A stretch of 63,598 nucleotides of DNA, the filler included. It is 3 parts of 3 records of this genome, joined end to end, with 100 filler letters (N's around TTAATTAATTAA, not from the genome) between each part and the next. Parts side by side here need not be neighbours in the genome. Positions count along the whole stretch, not along the records: positions 27,793 to 45,418 come from DRR378314_317; positions 45,519 to 63,598 come from DRR378314_339; 1 more part is not named here. One strand, given 5' to 3'. A program made the position numbers and the translations under genes. How positions within the stretch are numbered: the first letter of the stretch is position 1; every line of letters starts with the position of its first letter. The notes below the pieces were generated by a model, which was given only the letters and a program-made list of their open reading frames with translations, searched no databases and was not told the origin of the DNA. Of the stretch, positions 38,331 to 48,845 are shown in pieces.

Positions 38331-39975
38331 ATGTCCGACACCGAAGACCTTCGCGCTCGCCTTGCCGAGGCGGAAGCGCAGCTCAAGGATATCAATGAAG
38401 TACGGTAGATTTTGTGTTTTCCCGCGCAGCAAAACTCCGGTTTATGCGATCTCTAGTTATGTGCAAAAATGCGGTTTCGTGTGCCCTTGTACATGCTGCG
38501 CGAAAGAAAGCTGCGTATTGTGCAGTCGGTCGCGCGAGGCGCCGGTTCTTGCGGCCACAGTCCTCGGCCGGCCCGGCGGAACGAGAGTCCGTCTGCACAG
38601 CAAACTAGGCCGCGAGAATGCACCTGACCTTCCCGCACTGTGCTCTGTTCGCGCTATCGTGTACAAGGCACTTGCTGTAGATCCTAATGATGCAGATTTT
38701 GTTGCGATGAAACAAGATGTGGAGTCCGTAATTGCGATGACCCGTGAGCTCATTGCGCTGGAGGAAGCACCGCAGCCTTCCGCGCCTGCTCCGCCAGCGA
38801 GCGACGCGTCGGCCAGTGCGCCGCCGCTCCCACCGCAGCCGCCGCTGCCACCTTCCGAGGTACGCCATAGAGCCCGCAGCTTGTGTGTCTTTGTATCTAC
38901 CTTCTTGTTTGATCCACATGCGTGTCCGTAAGGAGGCATGTCGTGCTAAACCTCTCTGCATGAGAGAGAGAGTCGCTGCTGCTGCTGCTGCTGCGCAGGT
39001 CCGCAGCACCACTCGTGGCTACCGACTGAGACTTGCGACATCCTCTGTACACACACCCTTTTTTTGTGCTCCAACACAGCAGCAGGAGGGACCGCAACAG
39101 CGCCCAGCGCCACGCAGTGAGCCATCTTATCCTGCTAGATCCTCGAAGAAAGCGAGCCAGGGCGATGATGCCTCGAAGAAACCGAGTCGCCTCGCAAAGA
39201 TTCGCAAGGTACGTGCGAGCCAGCATAAGCCGGCCGCCGGCGCGAGCTCTCCAGTGTCACCGAGGAAGCGGTGCTTTCGCCTCTCCTTTCACGGCATTGC
39301 CTCGTCTTCTTGCCTCACTATGGCACAACTCGTTGCCATTCGTATAATGAATAAGTAGTACTAGCGCTGAGAGGGACACTCTGGTTTATTTTGCGTTGGA
39401 CGCGTGGCGCGATGGCAATGTAGGTCGAGAAACAGCGAACGGCGCGGCAGCAAACGTGGAAGGACTTTCAGCACAAATCGTCCAAAAAGAAAACCCCCGG
39501 TTTCTTCACAGGGCGCAAAAAGGAGTCCATGTTCAAGGTGCGCGACGCTGGGGACTGCTATTCTCTATACTGTTATCTGGTATTCCCGCTCGCACGTGTT
39601 CGTGCTGCTGCTAGGAAATCACGCCAAGGATCGCGTATGCTACAGCTCGCCCTCGCGGCGTCCGAGGATGTCGCGGTTTTCGCCGCGCTGGGAGTCACGG
39701 TCAGCGCGTTTGTCACGTCACGCGACACGCCAAGCGCGCTGGCCAGCGCCCAGGCCACGTGCACTACTAGACAAGTCCACGAGCTTGATAAGGAAGATTA
39801 TTCGCTTATTTCGGGAGGGCTGTGGCTTCTCACCGGTGTTTGTTTGTGCTCTGTGCGTTGGTCGCCGTAGTCGCCGGAGGGCAACGACGGGCGTGTCGGT
39901 GTTGTCGGCAGCGGCCGCGGCATGACGAGCTTCGCCGACCGGAAAAAGCACGTGTTCCAGGAAAACGAATCGTAG
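38331..39975 (+). CDS. SPF30: SPF30/SMNDC1 splicing-factor homolog, apparently without a Tudor domain; exons 38331-38399, 38668-38859, 39080-39208, 39424-39537, 39871-39975
   Basis: N-terminal helix pair QLKDINEALAVDPNDADFVAMKQDVESVIAMTRELI and C-terminal RQQTWKDFQ...GFFTGRKKESMFKSPEGNDGRVGVVGSGRGMTSF are both characteristic of SPF30. All introns are phase-0 GT-AG. Confidence 0.85.
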
Positions 39976-40049
39976 CGAGGCAGACGGGGTTTTCGAGGGT
40001 CACCGCTGCTGTGTTTTCATAATAGTACATACATTGGACCATACATGGA

Positions 40050-43000
40050 TCATGACGCAGTGCGCGGTGGCGTGGATATCGTTGTCGCGGACGAGCCCGC
40101 TCGCCAGTGCCGCCCGCGCGTGTACACGACGACGAGCACAACCGCTGTCTCCTCGCCGTCCTCCGTCTGTTCCACCTACAGCAACATAAACGCGCACAGC
40201 CACATACGCCACGCGCAGCGGAAAGCCCACTCCAAGCGTCAACGCACTCCATAAGGTGTCAATCGCGCTAGGCGCCAACGGCCGAAGAGGAATCACGCCG
40301 CCATTCGCGGCAGGGAGCGCGCAGAGGAGCCGTATTCGCCGAGGTGGTGCCGTGCGTTCACGGCAACGTACCCGAATATCAACCATCGCCGACTCATCAA
40401 TCCCATCGCTGGCCTCGGACAAATCTGCACCGCAGGCACATACATATATCGCGAGAATTCCATCATAGTGAGTAGACTAGCGGCCAAAAGGCACGCACGC
40501 CGCGCTGAGAACCCGTAATGATGGTACAGGGAGCCCCAGCACAGTATGCGACGCAACAAGCGCGCAAACCTCGAGGAAATCGCCACGACGCACGCGCGCT
40601 ATTCTCCCCACGATACAGGAGAGGGCAATGTCGAGCTAGCAATAAGCAAGCGTTATCCTACGACAACGAGCGAACCTTCAGGAACAAGGAGCTGTCCAAG
40701 TTCTTGTATTTCCGCGTCTTCTTCGAGTTTGTTCGCAATGTGCCCTTGAGGGCGAGAGGGCGCGGGAAACTCGATATCCGACTCTGCATTGGCAGCACAC
40801 GCGACGACAGCAACGAGAGGTATTGCGCGCTGTATATTTACAAATATCACGTGTGCGTATCACCGCCTTGACACTCTTACAACACCTCTTCGCTGCCAAA
40901 AAGGAAAGAACCGGTCTTGTATCGCTTAGCAACAGCGCCTTACACGTTTCAAAATCTTCGCGCAACAGCGCAAGGGGAGAGGGGGGACCGCGCGCATCGT
41001 GACCTGGAACAACAATGCTTGCCTAGGACTGCGCCAACGTCGATGCACAGCAATCTGTATACTGATTCGTTGCATACCTGTGCGATAACTTGAAGTCTCC
41101 GTGTCTGCATTCATATTGAGAGCGGGTAATACCGACTCGTGCATTGCCGAGTATGCCTGAGAAAGGAAGCAGAGCACGCCGGAGGCGGCATCGAGGGGTT
41201 AGTATGCTCGCCCCCCTCACAAACGACGAGCAGAACGAGAGTGTGTGTTTGAGGCAGCACAAGACAGTTTGGTGGCGGCGGAAGGGGGTGGAGTTTCAGT
41301 GGTGTGCAGCGCGAACTACTTTGCGGTGCAATATTGCAGCGAGGCATCGCGGGGATCCGCGTTACACGCGCCGCGGCGGACCAGGCGCTTCCTTGCGGAC
41401 ACCGAGAGAGCGGCGCTCTCTTCTGGCTCCGCGCAGGGCGCGCGTTTGCCGCTTGATCCGAATCCCATACTTGACACACCTGAGCGACAGCCATATCGAT
41501 ACAGTGGCGGAGATCGTGAAGCCATGTCGAGTACTCCGCCTCCGCTCCCGGGGAACACATCACGTGAAACACGGTCAGCCCGTTATCACTCACGAGGAAG
41601 AACTCGCGCGGACCACCAGTCTATCACCCGCAACAGCCGATTCAGAGGAAACGAGGCGAGACGAAGATCAACCGTCAACACGGCACGAAACAGCGCATAC
41701 AGAGTGAGAGAAATGGTGGCTCTCCAAGGTGGATATGTAGCGTGCGATACGGATGATACACGCCAACTGCACAGCAGAGGACACGTTCGCGTAGCAGGGA
41801 TGTCGATTCGCGCACAGCTGCACTCGGCCGTTGCACAACTACGATAATACAAAAAGAGTTCAGATGGTCGAGCAAAGGCTGTGGCAAGCGCGCACTTGGC
41901 CGCAGGTGCACACGCGACGCTCTGACTTGCGCCGTGCACGCGACACACGCTACAGTGCCGATTCCACGCGCGCCGTCGCCGCCTGTTTCGGAAAAACAAC
42001 AACAACGAAGCGTGCGTACCTGAAGGCGACAGGTGATGAGCATAGCGCAGTCACATACGCCTGTAAGCGGGTTCCAGAGCACAACAAGGTCAGAGCACAA
42101 GAGGAGCTTGCGCTCCGTCATCTCGGACACGGTCGGTGCGGCAAACCCGCTATGCTGCGAGATCGACGCGAGAACGTTTCCTTCTCGCACAAGCTGTCGG
42201 AACGGAAACCCTGCGAGCACAGCACGGCGAGGCAAAGCACTCAACGCCCACATCAGCGACCTGCGATAGAAATCAGGCCTCATCAACAAGCACCGAGGTG
42301 CAGCGAGGAAGCCTGCTGTGAAACAAATAATAGTAAAAAGGTATCGCTGAAACGAAAGCGAAGAAACCCACAAGTGAGCCGTGATGCAGCTTCCGGAAGC
42401 AGCTTGCGCATCTGCAGAACAACATCAAGGACTGCGGACCGGTTCTTCTCCAGCCACGCACAACGACAGGCGCAAGTGGCGTTCCGCAACGCGCGAGCAG
42501 CTGCGGGAGACAAAGGGCAACAACTCGAGAGCACACTAGGAAGAAACGTGCCTCCAAGCAGCGTTCGTACAAGCGCGGCGACGTCTTGTGAGACCACATT
42601 TCGACATCGAGCCTTCCACATATCCGCGGCGTCAAACGCCTTGTGTGCAATGTCTTCAAGGCGCTGGCGCTCCGCCTCGAACTGGCGCGCGTTCTCCCAT
42701 ACGATCTGTCGGAGGCGCATCACTTCGCTCTGCAGCACAGAATCGCCGGCGCAGAGAGCGGACTCTGTCAAGCGCGCCGTAGCAAGGTGCACTAGCTACA
42801 ATGAAACGCGGGACACAAAGCAGCGTAAAGCAACAACGACAGTGCATACTACAGCGCTGCTTGCAAACGTGGGAGCAAAAACAAAACGGGAACAATCTGT
42901 CATCGTAGACGCTCCGCGCAGCGCAGCGCGTTGTCGCACTGTCGCTCACGACGCGAACGACACGGCAAGGGTAGCTACCCAAAAAGAATGTATCACAAGG

Positions 43001-44022
43001 AACCTGTGTAAGAGAAATATCCCCCTTGTACGCCTCGGCTCGGCGATAATGAAGAGAACTCGTTATTCTGCACGCTGATGCGCGGTCTGTTCCGGATCGC
43101 TCCCTGCAAGCACTCCAGGCGCAAGGGCTAGAGCACACACGCGCACTCCATCGTACCTTGAGCAGGGCAGGATCTATCGTCCGCACCAATACCATCATTC
43201 GCGCAACAGAGCACAAAAACCCTTGTCAGTGAACTTTGGATGATGCGGCGACCGGGAGAAAACTTTGGATTGCTGGCACCAACGGAGCGAGAGGAAGAAA
43301 GAAATCGTCGCCGAGAGCGCGTCTAAACTAACACCTACGCTCGCGATATCAGCCCCACAGTCGCAGCTGATCACGTCGACTCATACCTTCCGGGATAGGC
43401 CCATTCTCGTCATTTGAGCCGCAGCTCAGTAGTGGTGCAAAGTTTCCCGAGAAATCTGGATGGTGCGAATGATCACCATCCGTCTGGATGAACAGCAAAG
43501 GCCAAGCGGTAAGGGAGCACGCTGTTAGATACGAGTCGGCACCCGGGCTATGCGATTGAGCACCGCACGCAGTCAGCACAGCTCGCAGCACAGCATGCGA
43601 CCTCGATTTCCTCCAGACGCTCGGCACAGCAGGGCGCGGTTCCTGACTTGTACAGGCAACCAAAGACGTACCGGAACGCGAAGTGACGGGACGTAGGGAG
43701 ACGGCATGGGCCGCGGTCCCTTTGGCGATCGGTTGCGCTTCGAGTTCGAGTGTGAGCGGCGGTGCCCTTTTCCCCGCGCTCCGCCTGCAAAGCGCGCCGA
43801 TCGCGCAGCACATTGACACGAAACGCGCACGCGTGAGCTGCAGCGCACAGCAATGCAGCACAGTCTGCGGAAATACAACAATCGTTCCGATCTTGCGTAC
43901 AGCAGGTTGGTGCTGCGTAAAAACAGCCGCAGCATCGCACCTCCACGGCCATTCCCTTGGCCGTCTCGTCGACCTCCGCGCACGTTGCTCGCGGTCCCGC
44001 GGCGCGAAGAGCCGCCGGCCAT
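40050..44022 (-). CDS. Multi-exon gene encoding a probable PH-domain protein; structure and ends unresolved
   Basis: Exon-like blocks RQLVREG...ERKLLLCSDLVVLW (~42050-42200, PH N-terminal strands) and EYSTWLHDLRHCI (~41490-41600, PH C-terminal helix), plus a coiled-coil-like block at ~42570-42790. Candidate ATG at 44022. Confidence 0.4.
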
Positions 44023-45418
44023 GGCGACCGCGCCGCCCTGCTAGCGTAGAGCCGGGAATCGCAAAAGGCGTCATCAGAAAACGCGCATTTCACACAAGAA
44101 GAGACAGAACAAACTTGTTAATCCTCTCTGTAGAAACAGTGCCGTATCCCCGGATCAGAGGGTGCAATGGTGCGCACGACGGTGGTGGCGGGCCAGGGGT
44201 ACCCACGGCAGCGAAGGCAGCCAGCGCAGCACAGGAGCGCGGGGCGGACAGCGCACCTGGGCGTCGCCCATGCGACTCTGCGTCGCTTCTCACCCTCCGC
44301 GCCGGACGATTCACCGGCTCGGATTTGCACACAAGCACCTAAATCGTATCAATGAGACGATATATTCGACGGGCAGTAACGCGCCACGGAAATCCAGGGA
44401 ATGCAGGACGTCGCCGACCCGGTGTAATCCCTGCAAAACGGAAGCGTTCGCGGTTGCCTATTCCCGCGAGCGCATTCCCGTCGCCTACAGACGCCGCAAG
44501 CAAACCCTGTGACCAGCAGGGCGAACGCTCGCAACCCCGTCACCCTGAGAGCACCGCACCAGAGCCGCAGACGCGCACATATTTCGTCACGTCAGGTTTA
44601 GCCATCAAAGAATAGAGTCAGCGGTGCTACCCGTGGCCAGAGCAAACCGTTGCAAAATGACGAGTTCCCGCCACACGCAGCAAGAGCGCTGCGTCGAGCG
44701 ATCGGCACGCAGACCTGCGCCGCGCGACGCGCCAAATCCGGTCGCCACTCTCAACGCCAGCGCGCCAAAACGAGAACGCGGCGAAGCGGTCGTAAGAGGG
44801 AACCCGACTGCGTGGCCTGTGCACTTTCCCGCGCCCTCCGAACAAAATAAAAGATACGCGGAAAACAAGCGTGAACACAAGTTGCACGCTTCTTTGGCAC
44901 GCATGCGCCGCAGCGTTTCTGATTCAGCCACCAGTTCAATACGGGGAATCCCGGCAAACCTGGCATATCCAGGAGGAACCGGCAGTTGTTCCGGCAGCCG
45001 CTTGCTGATAACCATGACGTAGCGCAGCCGCTCGGGTCACGCAACGGACCTGCGGCACTCGCTCCCGTCCAGCTGCAGCAGGTCACGCAGGACACCTCAA
45101 AGTACCTTGTCGCTCTACACGGTATAAAGAGAGAGCCTTTTGCTGGTGTAAAGAGGCAGATTCTGCACAGCGTCGCGTGGCTGCGCGAGAGCGGTGCCAA
45201 GGAGCGTACCGGAGCCACGCGAGGTCCGTACTCAACACGAGACAAAGGTGAACTGCCTGGGTGTGTCGAGAGGTTTTCTTGAGGACACCGACGTTGGCGC
45301 AATGGGCTTTGTTATCGTCACGGTCATCTCCAGTCAATCATACTAGTGCAAGGAACTATGAAAGTAGGGTTTATGTGGTATAAAGGCCCACCCCTAGTGC
45401 ACGATATATCTAAAAATC

Positions 45419-45518
45419 NNNNNNNNNNNNNNNNNNNNNNNNNNNNNNNNNNNNNNNNNNNNTTAATTAATTAANNNNNNNNNNNNNNNNNNNNNNNNNN
45501 NNNNNNNNNNNNNNNNNN
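45419..45518. other. Artificial contig-joining spacer; boundary between eukaryotic and bacterial contigs
   Basis: N44-TTAATTAATTAA-N44, identical to the first spacer. Confidence 0.98.
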
Positions 45519-45804
45519 GCTGCTTGATCAGGTTTTGTTCCAGCAGCAGCGCTTCGGTCTCTGTCTTTGTGGTCAAAAACATCATCGAAGCGGTATTCGC
45601 GATCATCCGCGCAATGCGGCCCGAATGCCCGGCAGGGCGTGCGTAGTTGCTGACCCGCGCCCGCAAATTACGTGCCTTACCCACATAAAGCACACGGCTT
45701 TCGCCATCCAGCATCCGGTAAACACCGGGCGAGGCATCAAGAGTTTTGAGATAGCTCTGGATCACCGCGTGACCTTGAGGCTGTGTCTGGGTCTGATCCG
45801 TCAT
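45519..45804 (-). CDS. uvrC: Excinuclease ABC subunit C, N-terminal GIY-YIG part, truncated by the contig end
   Basis: SPGVYRM...[17 protein letters not shown]...[15 protein letters not shown]; likely start MTDQTQ at 45804. Confidence 0.95.
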
Positions 45805-45862
45805 GGGCCGCCTGATTCTCTGTTCGTGCTGCACTATGCAGGTTTCGGTAACAAGGGTTAAC

Positions 45863-45911
45863 CTGTCCACGAATCCTGTGGATAACTCTGCGGGTAAGTT
45901 TGGGTGGACAT
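45863..45911. promoter_or_regulatory. DnaA-box cluster (DARS-like core)
   Basis: CTGTCCACG (45863-71), 5 bp, TGTGGATAA (45877-85, perfect reverse complement of TTATCCACA), 3 bp, TGCGGGTAA (45889-97), then a weak GGTGGACAT (45903-11). Confidence 0.7.
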
Positions 45912-45986
45912 GAAATTATTGTTGTATTCAGCAGACTTCTTTGGATTGCCTAATTTTTAGGCAGTTATGTAACCGTCTGAAAAATA

Positions 45987-46002
45987 TTAACAAATTATTA
46001 AC
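45987..46002 (+). promoter_or_regulatory. CtrA-binding consensus TTAA-N7-TTAAC
   Basis: TTAA-caaatta-TTAAC is an exact match in an alphaproteobacterial intergenic region. Confidence 0.65.
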
Positions 46003-46089
46003 ACCTCGCCAACCCTCTGAAAACATGGGCTAATTGTAACAGTTATGTGTCCCGCTCGCCCGCCCGTGCAGAACTTTAGCGGCAACACC

Positions 46090-46869
46090 CTATTCTACCC
46101 CCACAATATCCGGTGTTTCCCAGCCAAGATGCTGCCCGCCATCAACGCAGAGTAGCTGCCCCGTCACCGCAGGCGCATCCAGAAAATAGCCCAGTGCAGC
46201 AGTGATATCAGCCGGGTTGGCCCCGCGTTCCAGCACTGTATTGGTCCGTTGATTGTTGAAATGCGTGTCCGATTGACGTGCGCCCTTCAGGGTGGGCCCC
46301 GGTCCAATGGCATTTACCCGGATCGCGGGCGCAAGGGCACGGGCGGTGGTCTGGGTCATCGCCCATAGCCCCATCTTCGCCAAAGTATAGGTCATGAATT
46401 CCGGCGTCAGCTTGCGCACCCGTTGATCCACCATATTGATGATCAACCCGCTGGCCTGAGGCTCTCCTGTGGCATCAGCTTCTGCCGGCAGCCCTTGGGC
46501 CGCCATCATCTGCGTCAGTACAAATGGCGCACGCAGATTGCTGCCCATATGCCGGTCCCAACTGTCGCGGGTAGCGCTTGCAACGGTATCATATTCAAAG
46601 ATCGACGCATTATTCACCAGACAGGTGAGAGGACCGCCCAGTGCCGCAGCAGCCTGTTCAAACAGATCGGTTGCAGCCTCATCTTCCAGAAGGTCAGCCT
46701 GCAAGGCCACTGCGTTGCGGCCCAGTGCTGTGATCTCTTCTACAACCTGATCTGCACCGGCGCTGCTGCTGGCATAATGCACAGCCACATCAAAACTGCG
46801 CTCCGCCAGGTAAACGGCCATCGCTGCGCCAAGGCGGTGCCCCGCTCCTGTAACAAGTGCCCGCCGCAT
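46090..46869 (-). CDS. SDR-family oxidoreductase (pteridine reductase/FolM-like)
   Basis: TGAGHRLG, NNAS and YTLAK motifs; GAGGAG RBS upstream of MRRALVTG. Confidence 0.9.
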   Translation of the reverse strand: MRRALVTGAGHRLGAAMAVYLAERSFDVAVHYASSSAGADQVVEEITALGRNAVALQADLLEDEAATDLFEQAAAALGGPLTCLVNNASIFEYDTVASATRDSWDRHMGSNLRAPFVLTQMMAAQGLPAEADATGEPQASGLIINMVDQRVRKLTPEFMTYTLAKMGLWAMTQTTARALAPAIRVNAIGPGPTLKGARQSDTHFNNQRTNTVLERGANPADITAALGYFLDAPAVTGQLLCVDGGQHLGWETPDIVGVE

Positions 46870-46882
46870 ATCAGCTTTCTCC

Positions 46883-47830
46883 TCAGACCAGAACGACAAC
46901 CAGATAAACGGCGTAGAGGGCGCTCAAGATGATACCCCACGTCCGTGTGATGTCCTTTTTGAGAAACACAAAGGGGATCAGCAACAGGGATGCCCCCAGC
47001 ATGACCCAAAGGTCAAACTGCAAGAACTCTGGATCAACCCTGATCGGGCCCACAAGACTGGCAATGCCAATGATCGCCAGAAGATTGAACATATTCGACC
47101 CGATAACACTGCCCAACACGACATCCGCCTGCCGCCGCAGCGCCGCCATGACCGTTGTCGCAAGCTCCGGCAGTGAGGTACCGATAGCCACCAATGTCAG
47201 ACCGATGACCGTATCACTGACGCCATAAGCCTGCGCGATAATCGTGGCATTATCCACCAACAGCCCTGCCCCCAGCGGCAGGCCCACAAGGCCAAGAACC
47301 AGAAATACAGCAATCTGCCAACTTGGCATACTGGGATCTGCGCCTTCGGGTTCTTCCAAACCCTCCGCCTCGCACCGGCGATGCGCGCGCGCGTCGCGCA
47401 TCTGGTCAAACAACACATAGGCCAAAGCCCCCAAGAGCACCAAACCGGCAAGCCAGTCAAACACCCCCCGGAACGCCAGCCCGATAAACAGCACGCTTGC
47501 CGCAATCATGAAATTATAGCTTTTGCTGGTGTCACATTGCGAGGTGTGCATGGTCGCCAGAAGTGCCGGAATGCCCAGCACCAACAGGATGTTCGCCGTG
47601 TTCGACCCGACCACATTGCCCAATGCAAGCCCCGGTGCCCCATCCAGTACAGCCTTGATTGAGATCAGCAATTCAGGTGCCGAGGTGCCGAATGCCACAA
47701 TCGTCAAACTGACGATCAGTGCTGGTATCCCCAAGCGCAACGCAAGGTTCACCGCACCTTTAACCAGCGCATCCCCCGCCAACAGCAGGATCACCAGACC
47801 CAGTCCAGACAAGATCCACGGCATCAACAT
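46883..47830 (-). CDS. Calcium/sodium antiporter (CaCA family, YrbG-like)
   Basis: Two alpha repeats, GTSAPE...GSNTAN and GTSLPE...GSNMFN; hydrophobic throughout. Confidence 0.93.
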   Translation of the reverse strand: MLMPWILSGLGLVILLLAGDALVKGAVNLALRLGIPALIVSLTIVAFGTSAPELLISIKAVLDGAPGLALGNVVGSNTANILLVLGIPALLATMHTSQCDTSKSYNFMIAASVLFIGLAFRGVFDWLAGLVLLGALAYVLFDQMRDARAHRRCEAEGLEEPEGADPSMPSWQIAVFLVLGLVGLPLGAGLLVDNATIIAQAYGVSDTVIGLTLVAIGTSLPELATTVMAALRRQADVVLGSVIGSNMFNLLAIIGIASLVGPIRVDPEFLQFDLWVMLGASLLLIPFVFLKKDITRTWGIILSALYAVYLVVVLV

Positions 47831-47994
47831 CAGCTTTTACCCCCACAGGCGCAGGGCCCTCTGCCAATGCGAAAACGCCCGCAGGCCCCGCATTTTGTTT
47901 GTTTCAAACGATTTGATCCCAGCCAGTGCATTTTGCCAAACCAAGCCAAAACACCCATAAACACCAGAAACAAAAGAACTATCTTGGCAACCAT
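47830..47994 (-). CDS. 54-aa small protein with an N-terminal TM helix and a CxxC...CxC tail (absent from the ORF track)
   Basis: MVAKIVLLFLVFMGVLAWFGKMHWLGSNRLKQTKCGACGRFRIGRGPCACGGKS*. It starts 3 nt after the S49 stop and its TGA overlaps the antiporter ATG (TGATG). Confidence 0.75.
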   Translation of the reverse strand: MVAKIVLLFLVFMGVLAWFGKMHWLGSNRLKQTKCGACGRFRIGRGPCACGGKS

Positions 47995-47997
47995 TGG

Positions 47998-48795
47998 TTA
48001 GAGACCAAACCGCGCATAGGCTGCACGTTCCTCGATACTCAATACCGCCTCTTGCACCACCTGCGTTGAAAAGCGCGAAAGAAGACCGCGTTTGACAGAA
48101 TAGCTGCGCAACCTGACCTTCTTGCCAAAACGTTCTTTCATCACTGGCAACAGATGACCAATGCCATCAATCAACCCCAGCTCAAGCGCACGACGGGCCA
48201 GCCAGATCTCGCCCGTGAACAGATCCTGATCTTCCGGCAATTTGCCTTTTCGCCGAGCCGTGATGTGCTCTTTGAAGTTCACATGGACATCTTCAAGCAG
48301 CGTCTTGAGGCGCGCTACATCTTCCGGGGCTGCGGGGCGGAACGGGTCCAGCATGCTTTTGGACTCGCCAGCCGTATAGATCCGCCGCTCAATCCCGTGG
48401 GTTTTGATAAACTCATCAAGACCAAAGGAGGCAGAGATTACCCCGACTGACCCGACAACCGAAGAACTGTCCGCATAAATCTCATCTGCCGCAGCGGCCA
48501 ACCAATAGCCACCCGATCCCGCCACATCTTCGACGAAGGCAATAACCGGAATGTTCTTTTCCTCAGCCAGCCGACGAATGCGCGCCCCGATCAGCGAGGA
48601 TTGCACCGGACTGCCGCCCGGTGAATTCACTTCCAAAGCCACCGCAACGGGTTTTCCCTTGGAAAAAGCTCTTTCAATAATCGGTCGCAGCGTGACGTCA
48701 TTCAACGCCCCGGGTCCCTGCCCGCCAATCAACCCGGCAAGGCGGATCACAGCGACAGTCGGATCAGATTTTACGAAAGGCAGCCAGTTTTTCAT
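47998..48795 (-). CDS. S49-family peptidase (SppA/SohB-like)
   Basis: NSPGGSPVQS, DVAGSGGYWLA and GSVGVI motifs. Confidence 0.92.
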   Translation of the reverse strand: MKNWLPFVKSDPTVAVIRLAGLIGGQGPGALNDVTLRPIIERAFSKGKPVAVALEVNSPGGSPVQSSLIGARIRRLAEEKNIPVIAFVEDVAGSGGYWLAAAADEIYADSSSVVGSVGVISASFGLDEFIKTHGIERRIYTAGESKSMLDPFRPAAPEDVARLKTLLEDVHVNFKEHITARRKGKLPEDQDLFTGEIWLARRALELGLIDGIGHLLPVMKERFGKKVRLRSYSVKRGLLSRFSTQVVQEAVLSIEERAAYARFGL

Positions 48796-48845
48796 GTAAC
48801 CTCATGTAGAACGCGCAGCATGTGCAAACAAGGACGCGGGCAGGA

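Noticed and set aside
44100-45418. Additional gene at the end of contig 2
   Set aside because: There are short ORFs and possible splice sites, but no recognisable motif or consistent exon chain.
45300-45900. Bacterium-to-eukaryote horizontal transfer at the junction
   Set aside because: The junction is an artificial spacer and uvrC is cut by it, so adjacency carries no biological information.
45805-46089. Alphaproteobacterial LexA box (GTTC-N7-GTTC) upstream of uvrC, and a firm oriC call
   Set aside because: Only isolated GTTC/GAAC half-sites were found. There is one perfect DnaA box and no typical origin-flanking genes, so oriC is kept only as an alternative hypothesis.
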